In this document: positions 1 through 9,300 of the stretch, piece by piece
Numbering within the stretch: the first letter of the stretch is position 1
Layout: every line of letters begins with the position of its first letter
Assembly (NCBI GenBank): GCA_934229625.1
Contig: CAKQDU010000004.1
Span: forward strand, 27,295-91,294
From: an uncultured Alphaproteobacteria bacterium
GTDB taxonomy: Bacteria; Pseudomonadota; Alphaproteobacteria; RF32; CAG-239
DNA: 64,000 nucleotides
Direction: 5' to 3'
Made by a program: the position numbers and the translations under genes
Notes under the pieces: model-generated
Told to the model about the DNA's origin: nothing
Seen by the model: the letters and a program-made list of their open reading frames with translations, nothing else
Databases searched by the model: none

Positions 1-847
1 TTTTACGCAGCCAATCACGAATTTTTGTCATAGAGGCTTCACCTGGTTTAATCAACCCTTTTTGCAGCAAGATAGAGCCGATTCCTTTAAACTTGCGCCC
101 ATTGCTATCGGCAAAACCGATTCTTAACTCCGAGCCATCTTCCATAATGGCAATAGCCGAACCCTGAATCTGCATAAAGTGAATATCCACCAAATCATCG
201 CCCCACATCAAAACCGGAGCCTTAACGCCATTTTGCTCAATTTGCCGACGGTCATAATACGGAATAAATTTTTTGCCTTCAACTCTGCCCACCAAACGAG
301 TATTAGGCAGCGAGCTGTCAAAATCTTTTAAATTTATTTCAATCAAATCGTTTGGCTTGCCATAAATCGGAAATTTATATTTTGCGCTTTTTTCAAAAGA
401 AGCGTGAATTGTCGCCTCATAATAAGATGTAAATTTACCATCAGCCTTACCGTCATCAGATACCATGTATGGAGCAAACTCGTTTTCTATAAATTTTTTC
501 ATCTGCGCGCCGCTGTTTACACCGGCATTGGCAAACTTTTTGCACACTTTTTGATAATCAGAAGTTTTTATTTTTATTGCTGAATTATATAAATAGGTAT
601 TTTTATTTTTCAAAACATTCTGGCAATTCTTAGCAAAAACAGGAATAACCTCGCCAAAATCATCAGCATTCCAACCAGGTAGCCGGTTAAAACCGATTTT
701 TTTCAAAACAACCTTGCTTTCCTCAGCTGACGGAATCTTAGGTTCTTCACTAAAACATCCGCTCAGCAGCAATAACAATACCAAAGATAAAACAAAATTA
801 AGCCGTTTTTTTAGTGGAAACCAGCACCCAGTTATTGTTTTTTGCAT
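1..847 (-). CDS. mltA: membrane-bound lytic murein transglycosylase A (MltA), N-terminal ~282 aa; gene runs off the window start
   Basis: Absent from the ORF track because there is no stop in the window. My minus-strand translation from the ATG at 845-847 gives MQKTITGCWFPLKKRLNFVLSLVLLLLLSGCFSEEP (lipobox LSGC). It continues ...FTSYYEATIHASFEKSAKYKFPIYGKPNDL... and ...VDIHFMQIQGSAIAIMEDGSELRIGFADSNGRKFKGIGSILLQKGLIKPGEASMTKIRDWL, which resembles the MltA pattern (YYEP..FPIY.P; D.QGSG; NG..Y.SIG; SM..IR.W). This start overlaps the Tim44-like gene by ~50 nt, so the true start is uncertain. Confidence 0.7.
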   Translation of the reverse strand, partial: MQKTITGCWFPLKKRLNFVLSLVLLLLLSGCFSEEPKIPSAEESKVVLKKIGFNRLPGWNADDFGEVIPVFAKNCQNVLKNKNTYLYNSAIKIKTSDYQKVCKKFANAGVNSGAQMKKFIENEFAPYMVSDDGKADGKFTSYYEATIHASFEKSAKYKFPIYGKPNDLIEINLKDFDSSLPNTRLVGRVEGKKFIPYYDRRQIEQNGVKAPVLMWGDDLVDIHFMQIQGSAIAIMEDGSELRIGFADSNGRKFKGIGSILLQKGLIKPGEASMTKIRDWLRK

Positions 848-1418
848 TTATCATTCTTTCAAAAGTCCAAACATCAGTAATTTTCTGCACAAAGTTTTCA
901 TCGCCCTCGACAACTTCTCCTTGAGCGTTGCGCAACAAATTAACTTGTTCACTCACAAATTCCACCACAACTTTAATACTGTTTTTCAAAAACTTAACAT
1001 CTTTGACTTCACTTTTATCAAAACAAATAAAATCAACCTCGGATGTTATGTTTTGTTCTTTTCTTTCTGCTAAAACACTATTAAAAGCATCATAAACTTT
1101 TTTATTAAGCAATTCTTTAACCGACGTCAGCTCGCCTTTATTAAAAGCCTGCAATATCAGTTCAAAAACCTTACGGGCGCCATTCAAAAAAGCTTCTTTA
1201 TTAAACTCCTCATCAGTTTCGGATTCGGCAGCCGTTTTATCCACAGCCTTATGTGTTTTTACTATCTGTACAGTATCATCATCCACGGTTTTATCATTTT
1301 TATTCACCGGTCTCAAAACAACGCGTATATTCTTAGTATTGTCATCTTTACCAAAAACACTATACAAACGCGCGGCAACAAAAGCCACAGCTATAAATAA
1401 AAGAATCAAATCAGCCAT
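798..1418 (-). CDS. Tim44-like domain inner-membrane protein
   Basis: 206 aa with an N-terminal TM helix (MADLILLFIAVAFVAARLY). The C-terminal ~140 aa (FLNGARKVFELILQAFNKGELTSVKELL...DVWTFERMINAKNNNWVLVS) resembles the Tim44-like domain. Sits between mltA and secB, a common alphaproteobacterial arrangement. Confidence 0.75.
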   Translation of the reverse strand: MADLILLFIAVAFVAARLYSVFGKDDNTKNIRVVLRPVNKNDKTVDDDTVQIVKTHKAVDKTAAESETDEEFNKEAFLNGARKVFELILQAFNKGELTSVKELLNKKVYDAFNSVLAERKEQNITSEVDFICFDKSEVKDVKFLKNSIKVVVEFVSEQVNLLRNAQGEVVEGDENFVQKITDVWTFERMINAKNNNWVLVSTKKTA

Positions 1419-1537
1419 AAATTTATTTTCACCTCTCTAAACATACTTTAATAATATAAAACAAATAAAATTTTTATCAATATAAATGTTTGACGATTAG
1501 CTTTTTTCGTATTATCTCTTATACAAAACAAAATATT

Positions 1538-2020
1538 ATGGAGAAAAAAATGGAAAACACTCAGAATAACAATCAACAGCCTGCCGGCATTATGATTCAT
1601 AGCCAATACATCAAAGATATGTCTTTGGAAATTCCTTTGGCTCCGGAAATTTTTAAGGAAATGAACAAAAATCCTAATGTCAATGTAGACATGGGCATGA
1701 ACAGCAAAAAAATGGAAGACGGCAACTATAATGTTACTTTGACCGCTAAAATGAATGCTGACATTGAAGGCAAAACTTTGTTCATTGTTGAATTGTCTTA
1801 TGCCGCTGTGGTTTCTGTAAACGTTCCGGAAGAACATTTGGAACCTGTTTTGTATATTGAAATGCCGCGTTTATTGTTCCCGTTTGTCCGCAGCATTATT
1901 GCCAACAGCTTATCAGCAGCCGGTTTGCCGCCTATGCTGTTAAGTCCGGTAGACTTTGTAGCTTTATACAATGCAAAAAAAGCCAAAGAAGCCGAAGAAG
2001 CCGCTAAAAAATCTGCTTAA
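1538..2020 (+). CDS. secB: protein-export chaperone SecB
   Basis: ORF track gives 1490..2020; I prefer the internal ATG at 1538 (MEKKMENTQ...). Contains IMIHSQYIKDMSLEIP, FIVELSYAAVVSV and LLFPFVRSIIANSLSAAGLPPMLLSPVDF, all typical of SecB. Confidence 0.85.
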   Translation: MEKKMENTQNNNQQPAGIMIHSQYIKDMSLEIPLAPEIFKEMNKNPNVNVDMGMNSKKMEDGNYNVTLTAKMNADIEGKTLFIVELSYAAVVSVNVPEEHLEPVLYIEMPRLLFPFVRSIIANSLSAAGLPPMLLSPVDFVALYNAKKAKEAEEAAKKSA

Positions 2021-2039
2021 TTTATAGGAAATACCGACC

Positions 2040-2516
2040 ATGCGCTTAGCTTTATATCAACCAGATATTCCGCAAAATACCGGAACTCTTTTACGATTGG
2101 GTGCCTGCCTTAATCTTGAGTTGGATATAATTGAACCTTGCGGATTCATTTTTAATGAAAAAGCTATGCGCCGCGCCGGTATGGACTATTTGGACCTTGT
2201 GCATTGCCGCCGCCACAACAGTTGGGCGGACTTTATGGAATATCGCGCACAGCACCCAAAAGAATACGGCCGTTTGGTTTTGATGACAACTCATGGCGCG
2301 GATTCGTTTTTAGATTTTGAATTTAAGCCAAATGATATAATTTTAATGGGACGTGAAAGCGCCGGCGTGCCAGAAGAAATACATGAATTAGCCGACGCTC
2401 AGCTTTTGATTCCGATGTCGCCGGAGGCTCGTTCAATCAATATGGCTGTTTCTGCGGCCATAGCCTTAACCGAAGCTTTAAGACAGACAAAATTATTTCC
2501 CAAAATTAAAAAATAA
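2040..2516 (+). CDS. trmL: tRNA (cytidine/uridine-2'-O)-methyltransferase TrmL (SpoU/TrmH family)
   Basis: 158 aa. MRLALYQPDIPQNTGTLLRLGAC..., LMGRESAGVPEE and LIPMSPEARSINMAVSAAIAL match SpoU-type motifs, and the size fits TrmL. Confidence 0.85.
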   Translation: MRLALYQPDIPQNTGTLLRLGACLNLELDIIEPCGFIFNEKAMRRAGMDYLDLVHCRRHNSWADFMEYRAQHPKEYGRLVLMTTHGADSFLDFEFKPNDIILMGRESAGVPEEIHELADAQLLIPMSPEARSINMAVSAAIALTEALRQTKLFPKIKK

Positions 2517-2618
2517 GAAAAATTTAATAAATTTTGCATTTTTGCTCTGGATTTAACCCGAAAAATGTGATATATTCACTAATGTTTTCGTGATAAAATT
2601 TATTTTTCTGGAGTGAAC

Positions 2619-3125
2619 ATGAGTATTAAAAAATTACCATCACTAACTTTCAACGCCGGCGAATATGTAGTTTATCCAACACATGGTGTGGGTAAAGTTG
2701 CTGACGTAACCAAACAAAATATTGCCGGTTCCGAGCTTGAGCTTCTGGTGGTAAATTTTGATAAAGATAAAATGACTCTGCGTATTCCGACCTCTAAAAT
2801 TCAGCATGTCGGCTTGCGTAAAATCTCTGATGACAAAACAATGAATGAAGCTTTTGCCACCTTAAAAGGCAAAGCTAAAGTTCGTAAGATTATGTGGTCG
2901 CGCCGCGCACAGGAATATGAAAATAAAATCAATTCCGGCAATCCGGTGGCCATTGCCGAAGTTATCCGCGATTTATACCGTAATGAAAATATTGCAGAGC
3001 AATCTTACAGCGAACGCCAAATTTATGAACAGGCTGTCAGCCGTTTGGCCAGCGAAGTTTCAATTTACAGCAATTGCTCAATGGATGAAGCCAATAAAAA
3101 ATTGTTAGACATCTTGTCTAAATAA
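2619..3125 (+). CDS. carD: CarD-family transcriptional regulator (CdnL-like)
   Basis: FNAGEYVVYPTHGVGKV (Tudor-like RNAP-interacting domain) plus a helical C-terminal domain. The ATG at 2619 has GGAG 7 nt upstream; the track started at GTG 2613. Confidence 0.88.
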   Translation: MSIKKLPSLTFNAGEYVVYPTHGVGKVADVTKQNIAGSELELLVVNFDKDKMTLRIPTSKIQHVGLRKISDDKTMNEAFATLKGKAKVRKIMWSRRAQEYENKINSGNPVAIAEVIRDLYRNENIAEQSYSERQIYEQAVSRLASEVSIYSNCSMDEANKKLLDILSK

Positions 3126-3149
3126 CGGCAAAAAAAGAGTATTTTAAAA

Positions 3150-3186
3150 AAGGTTGTTTCTGTTTGGACAACCTTTTTATTTTTGC
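3150..3186 (+). terminator. intrinsic terminator after carD
   Basis: Hairpin AGGTTGT(3151-3157)/ACAACCT(3168-3174) followed by TTTTATTTTT. Confidence 0.7.
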
Positions 3187-3362
3187 GTAAAAATAAGCAA
3201 TTATGTCCATATTTTTTTCCCAAAAAATGTAATATTTTGCTTGAAGTCTGACGTTTTGTGTTATACATTCTAGGCAAATTGAAGTTTTTTAATTTTAGTT
3301 ATGGCTCATTTGCGGGCTGTAACTTCGTTTTAACAAAATAGCTAATAGGAGCTTAAATAACC

Positions 3363-6041
3363 ATGAGTAAATGGGTATATACATTTGGAAATGGCAAAGC
3401 CGAAGGCGATGCCAACATGCGTAATCTCCTGGGCGGTAAAGGTGCTAACTTGGCAGAAATGAACAAAGTTGGCTTGCCTGTTCCTCCTGGATTCACCGTT
3501 ACAACAGACGTTTGCACATATTACTATGCAAACAACAACACATACCCTGCTGACTTGAAAGACCAAGTTAAAGCAGCTGTTGCCGGTGTTGAAGCCATTA
3601 TGGGTAAAAAATTTGCTGATCCTGAAAATCCGCTTTTGTTCTCTGTTCGTTCCGGCGCTAGAATTTCTATGCCTGGTATGATGGACACCGTTTTAAACCT
3701 TGGTTTGAACGATGAAAGCGTTAAAGGTTTGGCTAAAGTTTCTGGTAACGAAAGATTCGCTTATGACTCTTACCGCCGTTTTATCCAAATGTTCTCTGAT
3801 GTAGTTTTGGGTGCTGATCTTGATGAATACGAAGGCGCTCTTGAAGCTATGAAAAAAGCCAAAGGTTACAAATCTGATACAGATATGACAACCGAAGACT
3901 TGAAAGAATTGGTAAACGAATATAAAGAAATTGGTAAAAAATTGGGCAAAGTTGTTCCGCAAGACCCGTGGGAACAATTGTGGCTTGGTATTGGCGCCGT
4001 ATTTGGTTCTTGGAACGCTGCCCGCGCTATCACCTATCGTAAATTGAACAACATCCCTGGTGATTGGGGTACAGCTTGTAACGTTCAAACCATGGTGTTC
4101 GGTAATGCCGGTAACGATTCTGCAACCGGTGTATGCTTCTCTCGTGACCCTGCAACAGGTGAAAATAAATACTATGGTGAATACTTAATCAACGCTCAAG
4201 GTGAAGACGTTGTGGCTGGTATTCGTACTCCGCAACCTATGGGTTCTGAAGGCAAAGGCAACTCTTTGGAAGAATTGTGGCCAGATTTGTACAAACAACT
4301 TGTAGATGTTCGTAACGCTTTGGAAGCACACTACAAAGATATGCAAGATATGGAATTCACCATTGAGCATAAAAAATTGTGGATGTTGCAATGCCGTAAC
4401 GGTAAAAGAACTGCCGCTGCTGCTGTAAGAATGGCTGTTGAAATGGTTAACGAAGGTTTGTTGACTAAAGAAGAAGCTATTATGCGCGTTGGTGCTGACC
4501 AATTAGACCAATTGTTGCACCCAATGTTGGACCCTAAAGCCAATAAAAAAGTAATTGCTACTGGTTTGCCGGCTTCTCCTGGTGCCGCTGTTGGTCGTGC
4601 TGTATTCTGCGCAGAAGATGCAGAAGCTTGGGCTGCTAAAGGTGAAAAAGTTATCCTTATCCGTAACGAAACTTCTCCGGAAGATATTGGCGGTATGCAC
4701 GCTTCTCAAGGTGTGATTACTGCTCGCGGCGGTATGACTTCTCACGCTGCTGTGGTTGCTCGTGGTATGGGTACTCCTTGCGTATCTGGTTCTACAGACA
4801 TCACCATCGACTACAAAACTAAAACAATGTCTACAAAATCTGGCGTTGTAATTAAAGAAGGCGATTGGGTATCTTTGGACGGTGCTAAAGGTCAAATTAT
4901 TGAAGGTGAAATTCCGACTGTTAGCGCATCTATGACCGGTAACTTTGGTACATTTATGGGCTGGGTTGATGAAATCCGCACTATGAGTGTTCGCGCTAAC
5001 GCAGAAACACCTGCTGACGCTAAACAAGCTTTGGCATTTGGTGCCGAAGGTATTGGTTTGGCTCGTACCGAACACATGTTCTTTGACGCTAAAAGAATTT
5101 CTGATATGCGCACAATGATTTTGTCTGATGACGAAGCCGGCCGCCGTGCTGCTTTGGCTAAATTGTTGCCATACCAAAAAGAAGACTTCAAAGAATTGTA
5201 CAGAACCATGAACGGTTTCCCTGTAGTTATTCGTTTGTTGGACCCGCCGCTCCATGAATTTTTGCCTCACACAGATGCAGAAATGCAGGAATTGGCTGAT
5301 AAAATGGGCAAAACTTTAGCCGAAGTTAAAAACCGCGCTAACTCTTTGCACGAAATGAACCCTATGTTGGGTCACCGCGGCTGCCGTTTGCCGATTACCT
5401 ATCCGGAAATCTGCGAAATGCAAACCCGCGCTATCTTGGAAGCTGCTTTGGAATGCCGTGACGAAGGCGTTAAAGTTACACCTGAAATCGAAGTTCCATT
5501 GGTTGGTTCTAAGAAAGAATTGGATATTGTTAAAAACATCATTGATACAACTGCTAAAGCTTTGTTTGCTGAAAAAGGCAAATCTATTGAATATGAAGTT
5601 GGTACCATGATTGAATTGCCGAGAGCCGCTTTGATGGCTGAAGAAATCGCTGCTTCTGCTGCATTCTTTGGTTTTGGTACAAACGACTTGACTCAAACAA
5701 CTTTGGGTATGAGCCGTGATGATACAGGTGCTATCTTGGATTGCTACCGCGCTAAAGGCATTTATGTTGCAGACCCGTTTGCTTCTATTGATGTTGAAGG
5801 TGTTGGTAAATTGGTTAAACGCGCTTGCGAATACGGCCGTAAAACTAACCCAGAATTGTTGTTGGGTGTTTGCGGTGAACATGGTGGTGACCCTAAATCC
5901 ATCGAGTTCTTCCAACAGTGTGGTTTAGACTATGTGTCTTGCTCACCGTTCCGTGTACCGGTAGCTCGTTTGGCTGCTGCTCAAGCTGCAATCAAATTTG
6001 GCAAAACTCAAAAAGACCACGCAGAAAAGAAAGCTGCTTAA
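3363..6041 (+). CDS. ppdK: pyruvate, phosphate dikinase
   Basis: 892 aa, collinear PPDK pattern. N-terminal ATP-grasp (GGKGANLAEM), phospho-His domain (GGMTSHAAVVARGMG) and PEP-utilising C-terminal domain (GLARTEHMF..., NDLTQ, CGEHGGDP). Confidence 0.97.
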   Translation: MSKWVYTFGNGKAEGDANMRNLLGGKGANLAEMNKVGLPVPPGFTVTTDVCTYYYANNNTYPADLKDQVKAAVAGVEAIMGKKFADPENPLLFSVRSGARISMPGMMDTVLNLGLNDESVKGLAKVSGNERFAYDSYRRFIQMFSDVVLGADLDEYEGALEAMKKAKGYKSDTDMTTEDLKELVNEYKEIGKKLGKVVPQDPWEQLWLGIGAVFGSWNAARAITYRKLNNIPGDWGTACNVQTMVFGNAGNDSATGVCFSRDPATGENKYYGEYLINAQGEDVVAGIRTPQPMGSEGKGNSLEELWPDLYKQLVDVRNALEAHYKDMQDMEFTIEHKKLWMLQCRNGKRTAAAAVRMAVEMVNEGLLTKEEAIMRVGADQLDQLLHPMLDPKANKKVIATGLPASPGAAVGRAVFCAEDAEAWAAKGEKVILIRNETSPEDIGGMHASQGVITARGGMTSHAAVVARGMGTPCVSGSTDITIDYKTKTMSTKSGVVIKEGDWVSLDGAKGQIIEGEIPTVSASMTGNFGTFMGWVDEIRTMSVRANAETPADAKQALAFGAEGIGLARTEHMFFDAKRISDMRTMILSDDEAGRRAALAKLLPYQKEDFKELYRTMNGFPVVIRLLDPPLHEFLPHTDAEMQELADKMGKTLAEVKNRANSLHEMNPMLGHRGCRLPITYPEICEMQTRAILEAALECRDEGVKVTPEIEVPLVGSKKELDIVKNIIDTTAKALFAEKGKSIEYEVGTMIELPRAALMAEEIAASAAFFGFGTNDLTQTTLGMSRDDTGAILDCYRAKGIYVADPFASIDVEGVGKLVKRACEYGRKTNPELLLGVCGEHGGDPKSIEFFQQCGLDYVSCSPFRVPVARLAAAQAAIKFGKTQKDHAEKKAA

Positions 6042-6065
6042 TCTTTAGAGATTGACTACAAAATT

Positions 6066-6098
6066 CTCCCCGTTATTAACTTAGCGGGGAGTTTTTTT
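6066..6098. terminator. hairpin terminator between convergent ppdK and pilin-like gene A
   Basis: CTCCCCG(6066-6072)/CGGGGAG(6085-6091) followed by T7 on the + strand. Confidence 0.75.
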
Positions 6099-6099
6099 C

Positions 6100-6765
6100 T
6101 TAAAAATACAAAACCAAAGAACAATCTCCGCTATTATCAACGGTACAAGATTTACATAATTGGTTAATCTGATTTAATGTCACATTTGCCAAACATTTCC
6201 GTGAACCTGAACAATGCTTTGTACCAAAAAGAAAATCGTTAGCCGAAGATGTTTTTCCACGCCATAAATAAGCTGCATAAACAACTTCATGCAAAGGTTT
6301 TGCTAAAGTTGTCATCATTTCACGGCAAAACATTTGATGTTCAGGATTTTCAAAATATCCTTTACTGTCTTGTCCAAAATATATTTCAAAGGCAAAAGCA
6401 TCTATCACTTCACCACGGAGAGATTTTCTGTTATATAATTGAACATTATTATTAAAATCATCAATTAAAAAATGACTGCTTTGCTTTTTCCAGCTGTTAG
6501 GCACAAGATTAAGAGAATAAGCTAAATCAACAAACCCAGTATCATTTTGTTGTTTTTTCAATTCATTCATATGGTCTAATAATCCAAAAATCATAGAACT
6601 ATAATCATTGACTGCCTTATTAACCTTAAATTTCGTCATCGCCTTTGAATATCCGGCGATGCCGCCGACAGATAATACGCCGACAATCGCCAAAACTCCG
6701 AGCATTTCTATCATTGACCGACCGGCAGAGCAAACGTCATTTTTCAACTTGCTAAATATATTCAT
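6100..6765 (-). CDS. prepilin-like Cys-rich secreted protein, paralog A
   Basis: 221 aa, MNIFSKLKNDVCSAG|RSMIEMLGVLAIVGVLSVGGIAGYSKAM. Has Gly, Glu at +5, then a ~20-residue hydrophobic helix (class III signal logic). The C-terminal Cys cluster CSGSRKC...CKSC...C..LVLYF is shared with three paralogs in this window. Confidence 0.7.
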   Translation of the reverse strand: MNIFSKLKNDVCSAGRSMIEMLGVLAIVGVLSVGGIAGYSKAMTKFKVNKAVNDYSSMIFGLLDHMNELKKQQNDTGFVDLAYSLNLVPNSWKKQSSHFLIDDFNNNVQLYNRKSLRGEVIDAFAFEIYFGQDSKGYFENPEHQMFCREMMTTLAKPLHEVVYAAYLWRGKTSSANDFLFGTKHCSGSRKCLANVTLNQINQLCKSCTVDNSGDCSLVLYF

Positions 6766-7000
6766 TGTAACTTCCTTTCTTGTTTGTTAAACAGCAACAA
6801 AAAAGCCATCGGCAAGATGGCTGGAAGTTCGTAACCATTATGTGAGAAATGGTGTAGCATATTAGCTAAAAATAACACATTTTGCTACCTTCCAGCCGTT
6901 TGCCAGAAGGTATAACAAATTAACGTCTAAACCTTAAAGACGCTCACATTTAGAGGTTACGACACCCCAGACAGACTATCGCCTATCCGCTGAATAGTTT
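6766..7000 (-). promoter_or_regulatory. structured 5' leader of paralog A (candidate riboswitch/attenuator) with intrinsic terminator and anti-SD
   Basis: Minus-strand RNA shares sequence blocks with the leader at 23651-23875. It has nested closing helices (6955-6961c:6830-6836c and 6943-6949c:6840-6846c) and three internal hairpins. The terminator is GCCAUC-UUGCC-GAUGGC + U6 (6799-6821c). AACUUCC (6823-6829c) is complementary to the RBS GGAAGUU (6769-6775c). Confidence 0.6.
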
Positions 7001-7090
7001 AACTAAAGATTATCCTAAAGTAAAGACAATTTTATAACTAAAAAATTCGTATAAAAAAAGTCAGAACTTGTTGCCTGACTCCTAAAAGAA

Positions 7091-7166
7091 TGGTGCCGAT
7101 TATGTGATTCGAACACACGACCCACGCATTACGAATGCGTTGCTCTACCACCTGAGCTAAACCGGC
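7091..7166 (-). tRNA. tRNA-Thr (anticodon CGU), CCA encoded
   Basis: Reverse complement is GCCGGTTTAGCTCAGGTGGTAGAGCAACGCATTCGTAATGCGTGGGTCGTGTGTTCGAATCACATAATCGGCACCA. Folds by eye as a cloverleaf with anticodon loop TTCGTAA. A hairpin + T7 terminator follows at ~7055-7085 on the minus strand. Confidence 0.9.
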
Positions 7167-7250
7167 GTATAAAAAAATACATAAAGCACTTTTTTTTATT
7201 TTGCAAGCAATAACTTAAATATGTTCAACAAATTAAGGAATAGCTATATA

Positions 7251-7375
7251 TGTGTAAAAAAAACGACCGTTTAAAAGGGACAGTTTCCAGGCTGTTTTCG
7301 GCAATGTAGCAAAGGTTATTAACTATTGCAATAACTTTTTATTTTTACGATATTTTTTGGCTTGCTTATTAACCT
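7251..7375 (+). repeat. R1: ~125-nt copy of the segment found upstream of pilin-like paralog C (R2, 22056-22180)
   Basis: By-eye alignment of TGTGTAAAAAAAACGACCGTTTAAAA(G/T)GGACAGTTT..AGGCTGTTTT...GCAAAGGTT...TTGCAATAACTTTTTAT.TT..CGAT.TTTTTTG shows high identity (I estimate >80%). R1 lacks the second inverted-repeat arm present in R2. Confidence 0.8.
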
Positions 7376-7653
7376 ATATCAAAACTCTGGCCAATATATT
7401 CATGTTTATGGGTAAATATACTTTAAGCATTTTAATTTTACACCTTTCCGCTTTCAAAACTGTTACCTATATTCAAGTTTTGATATATAAGCTGCCGGAA
7501 TACAGGCTGAGTTCTTTTCCGGTGTATGATGTTTCGCACGGCTGGTGGATATTATATTGCCTTATCGGAATAGTTATACCAATCGCCTGCGCCGTTATAT
7601 TTGATTATATAAAAAATGGAATATGCAGACTGCTTCCTAAAAAAACAGCATAA
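7357..7653 (+). pseudogene. probable 3' remnant of an acyltransferase-3 (OafA/YrhL-like) membrane protein gene
   Basis: Only 98 codons, starting at TTG inside repeat R1. The hydrophobic C-terminal-like sequence (LSILILHLSAFKTVTYIQ...HGWWILYCLIGIVIPIACAVIFDYIKN) resembles the last TM helices of acyltransferase-3 proteins, which are usually >300 aa. Confidence 0.4.
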
Positions 7654-7885
7654 AAACCAGAAAAGAGAAAATTTTAGAGTACAAAAAAAACAGCTTCAAC
7701 TTAATGAAACCAGCACAAACTCTCAGGGGCTTGGATAATGAGGCTAATACTAATTAACTTTTTTGCGCTAGTTACTATATAAAAACTTTAGTAAATGAGC
7801 TTAATACGAAATAAGATTTTTTCGCAGTGTACAAACTAGTACATAAGAAAAAATCTTACAAGTAGAAAGCCATTTAATAAAGTTT

Positions 7886-9139
7886 TTAAGAATTCATGTT
7901 TTGGAAAAAGTCCGCATTATTCTTAGTCTGACGCAGCTTGTCTAATAGAAATTCCATACCGTCGGTCATGCCCATTTGCATTAAGACACGGCGCAAAACC
8001 CACATTTTTGTTAAGGTTGCACGGTCTACCAGCATTTCTTCCTTACGGGTGCCGGAACGGGTAATATCTATAGTCGGGAATAAACGCTTATCGGTAAGTT
8101 TTCTATCCAAAATGATTTCAGAGTTGCCTGTACCTTTAAATTCTTCAAAAATAACCTCATCCATACGAGAACCCGTATCAATTAAAGCTGTTGCTATAAT
8201 AGTCAAAGAGCCGCCTTCTTCAACATTGCGAGCAGCACCTAAAAGACGCTTAGGACGTTGCAGAGCATTTGCATCAACACCGCCGGTAAGAACCTTACCC
8301 GAAGACGGAACAACAGCATTGTAGGCGCGTCCCAGACGTGTTATTGAATCCAAAAGAATTACAACATCTTTTTTATTTTCTACCAAACGCTTAGCTTTTT
8401 CAATACACATTTCAGCAACTTGAACATGGCGAGTTGCCGGTTCATCAAAGGTAGAAGATATAACTTCGCCTTTAACGGAGCGTGTCATATCCGTAACTTC
8501 TTCAGGACGTTCATCAATCAACAACACCATCAAATAAACTTCTGGATGGTTTGTAGAAATTGCATGAGCTATATTTTGCAGCATAACAGTTTTACCGGTG
8601 CGAGGAGGCGCCACAATCAAACCGCGCTGTCCTTTACCTTGCGGAGCGATTAAATCAATCACGCGAGTGGTATAGTCTTTGTCGCTGCAAATGATATCAA
8701 AGTTTAATTTTTCTGTCGGATAAAGAGGAGTTAAGTTATCAAAATTAACACGCAGTTTAGATTTTTCAGGGTCATCAAAGTTAATAGCATTAACTTTTGT
8801 CAACGCAAAATAACGTTCATTATCTTTAGGAGCGCGGATTTCACCTTCTACGGTGTCACCTGTGCGCAAGCCGAATTTTTTCACCTGAGCCGGAGAAACA
8901 TATATATCATCAGGACTGGCTAAATAATTAGATTTTGAAGACCTTAAAAAACCAAAACCGTCTTGCAAAACTTCTATAACGCCATCGCCGCATATAACAG
9001 TATCTACTTCGGCCAATTTTTTCATAATGGCAAATATTAAATCCTGAACACGCATAGAAGATGCGTCTTCAACTCCCAAATCTTCGGCTTGAGTCAACAA
9101 CTCGGTCGGAGATTTCTCCTTTAATTCCTTTAAATGCAT
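7886..9139 (-). CDS. rho: transcription termination factor Rho
   Basis: 417 aa. N-terminal [18 protein letters not shown]-binding DGFGFLR, Walker [26 protein letters not shown] and a typical C-terminal region. Confidence 0.97.
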   Translation of the reverse strand: MHLKELKEKSPTELLTQAEDLGVEDASSMRVQDLIFAIMKKLAEVDTVICGDGVIEVLQDGFGFLRSSKSNYLASPDDIYVSPAQVKKFGLRTGDTVEGEIRAPKDNERYFALTKVNAINFDDPEKSKLRVNFDNLTPLYPTEKLNFDIICSDKDYTTRVIDLIAPQGKGQRGLIVAPPRTGKTVMLQNIAHAISTNHPEVYLMVLLIDERPEEVTDMTRSVKGEVISSTFDEPATRHVQVAEMCIEKAKRLVENKKDVVILLDSITRLGRAYNAVVPSSGKVLTGGVDANALQRPKRLLGAARNVEEGGSLTIIATALIDTGSRMDEVIFEEFKGTGNSEIILDRKLTDKRLFPTIDITRSGTRKEEMLVDRATLTKMWVLRRVLMQMGMTDGMEFLLDKLRQTKNNADFFQNMNS

Positions 9140-9300
9140 ACTAACCTTAAAATATTTAGTGATTGTTAAAAAAAACAGAACTTAAAAACATTGAAATGTT
9201 TGTTACATTGCTTATATTAAATATGCAAGCAAAAGTCAATAATTTTTATGCACAAAAAAATTCCCCTTTTAAAATTTAAAATTTAAATAGTTATAGTTAT

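Noticed and set aside
714-1073. 119-aa plus-strand ORF overlapping the mltA start and the Tim44-like gene.
   Set aside because: It is antisense to two genes with recognisable products and gives a low-complexity product.
3693-5915. Long minus-strand ORFs (3693-4088, 4185-4502, 4503-5270, 4892-5209, 5316-5915) inside ppdK.
   Set aside because: They lie entirely antisense to a 892-aa ORF with an unmistakable PPDK pattern. Their products are low-complexity or Cys/Arg/Ser-rich with no motifs. These are typical shadow ORFs.
6766-7000. Assigning the pilin leaders to a known riboswitch class (c-di-GMP-I/II, TPP, SAM-II, glycine, fluoride, cobalamin).
   Set aside because: The conserved cores I remember for those classes are not present (for example GGCAAACC/GACGCAAAGCC for GEMM-I, CUGAGA...ACCUGA for TPP, and the B12 box). 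I leave it as an unclassified candidate pending Rfam scanning.
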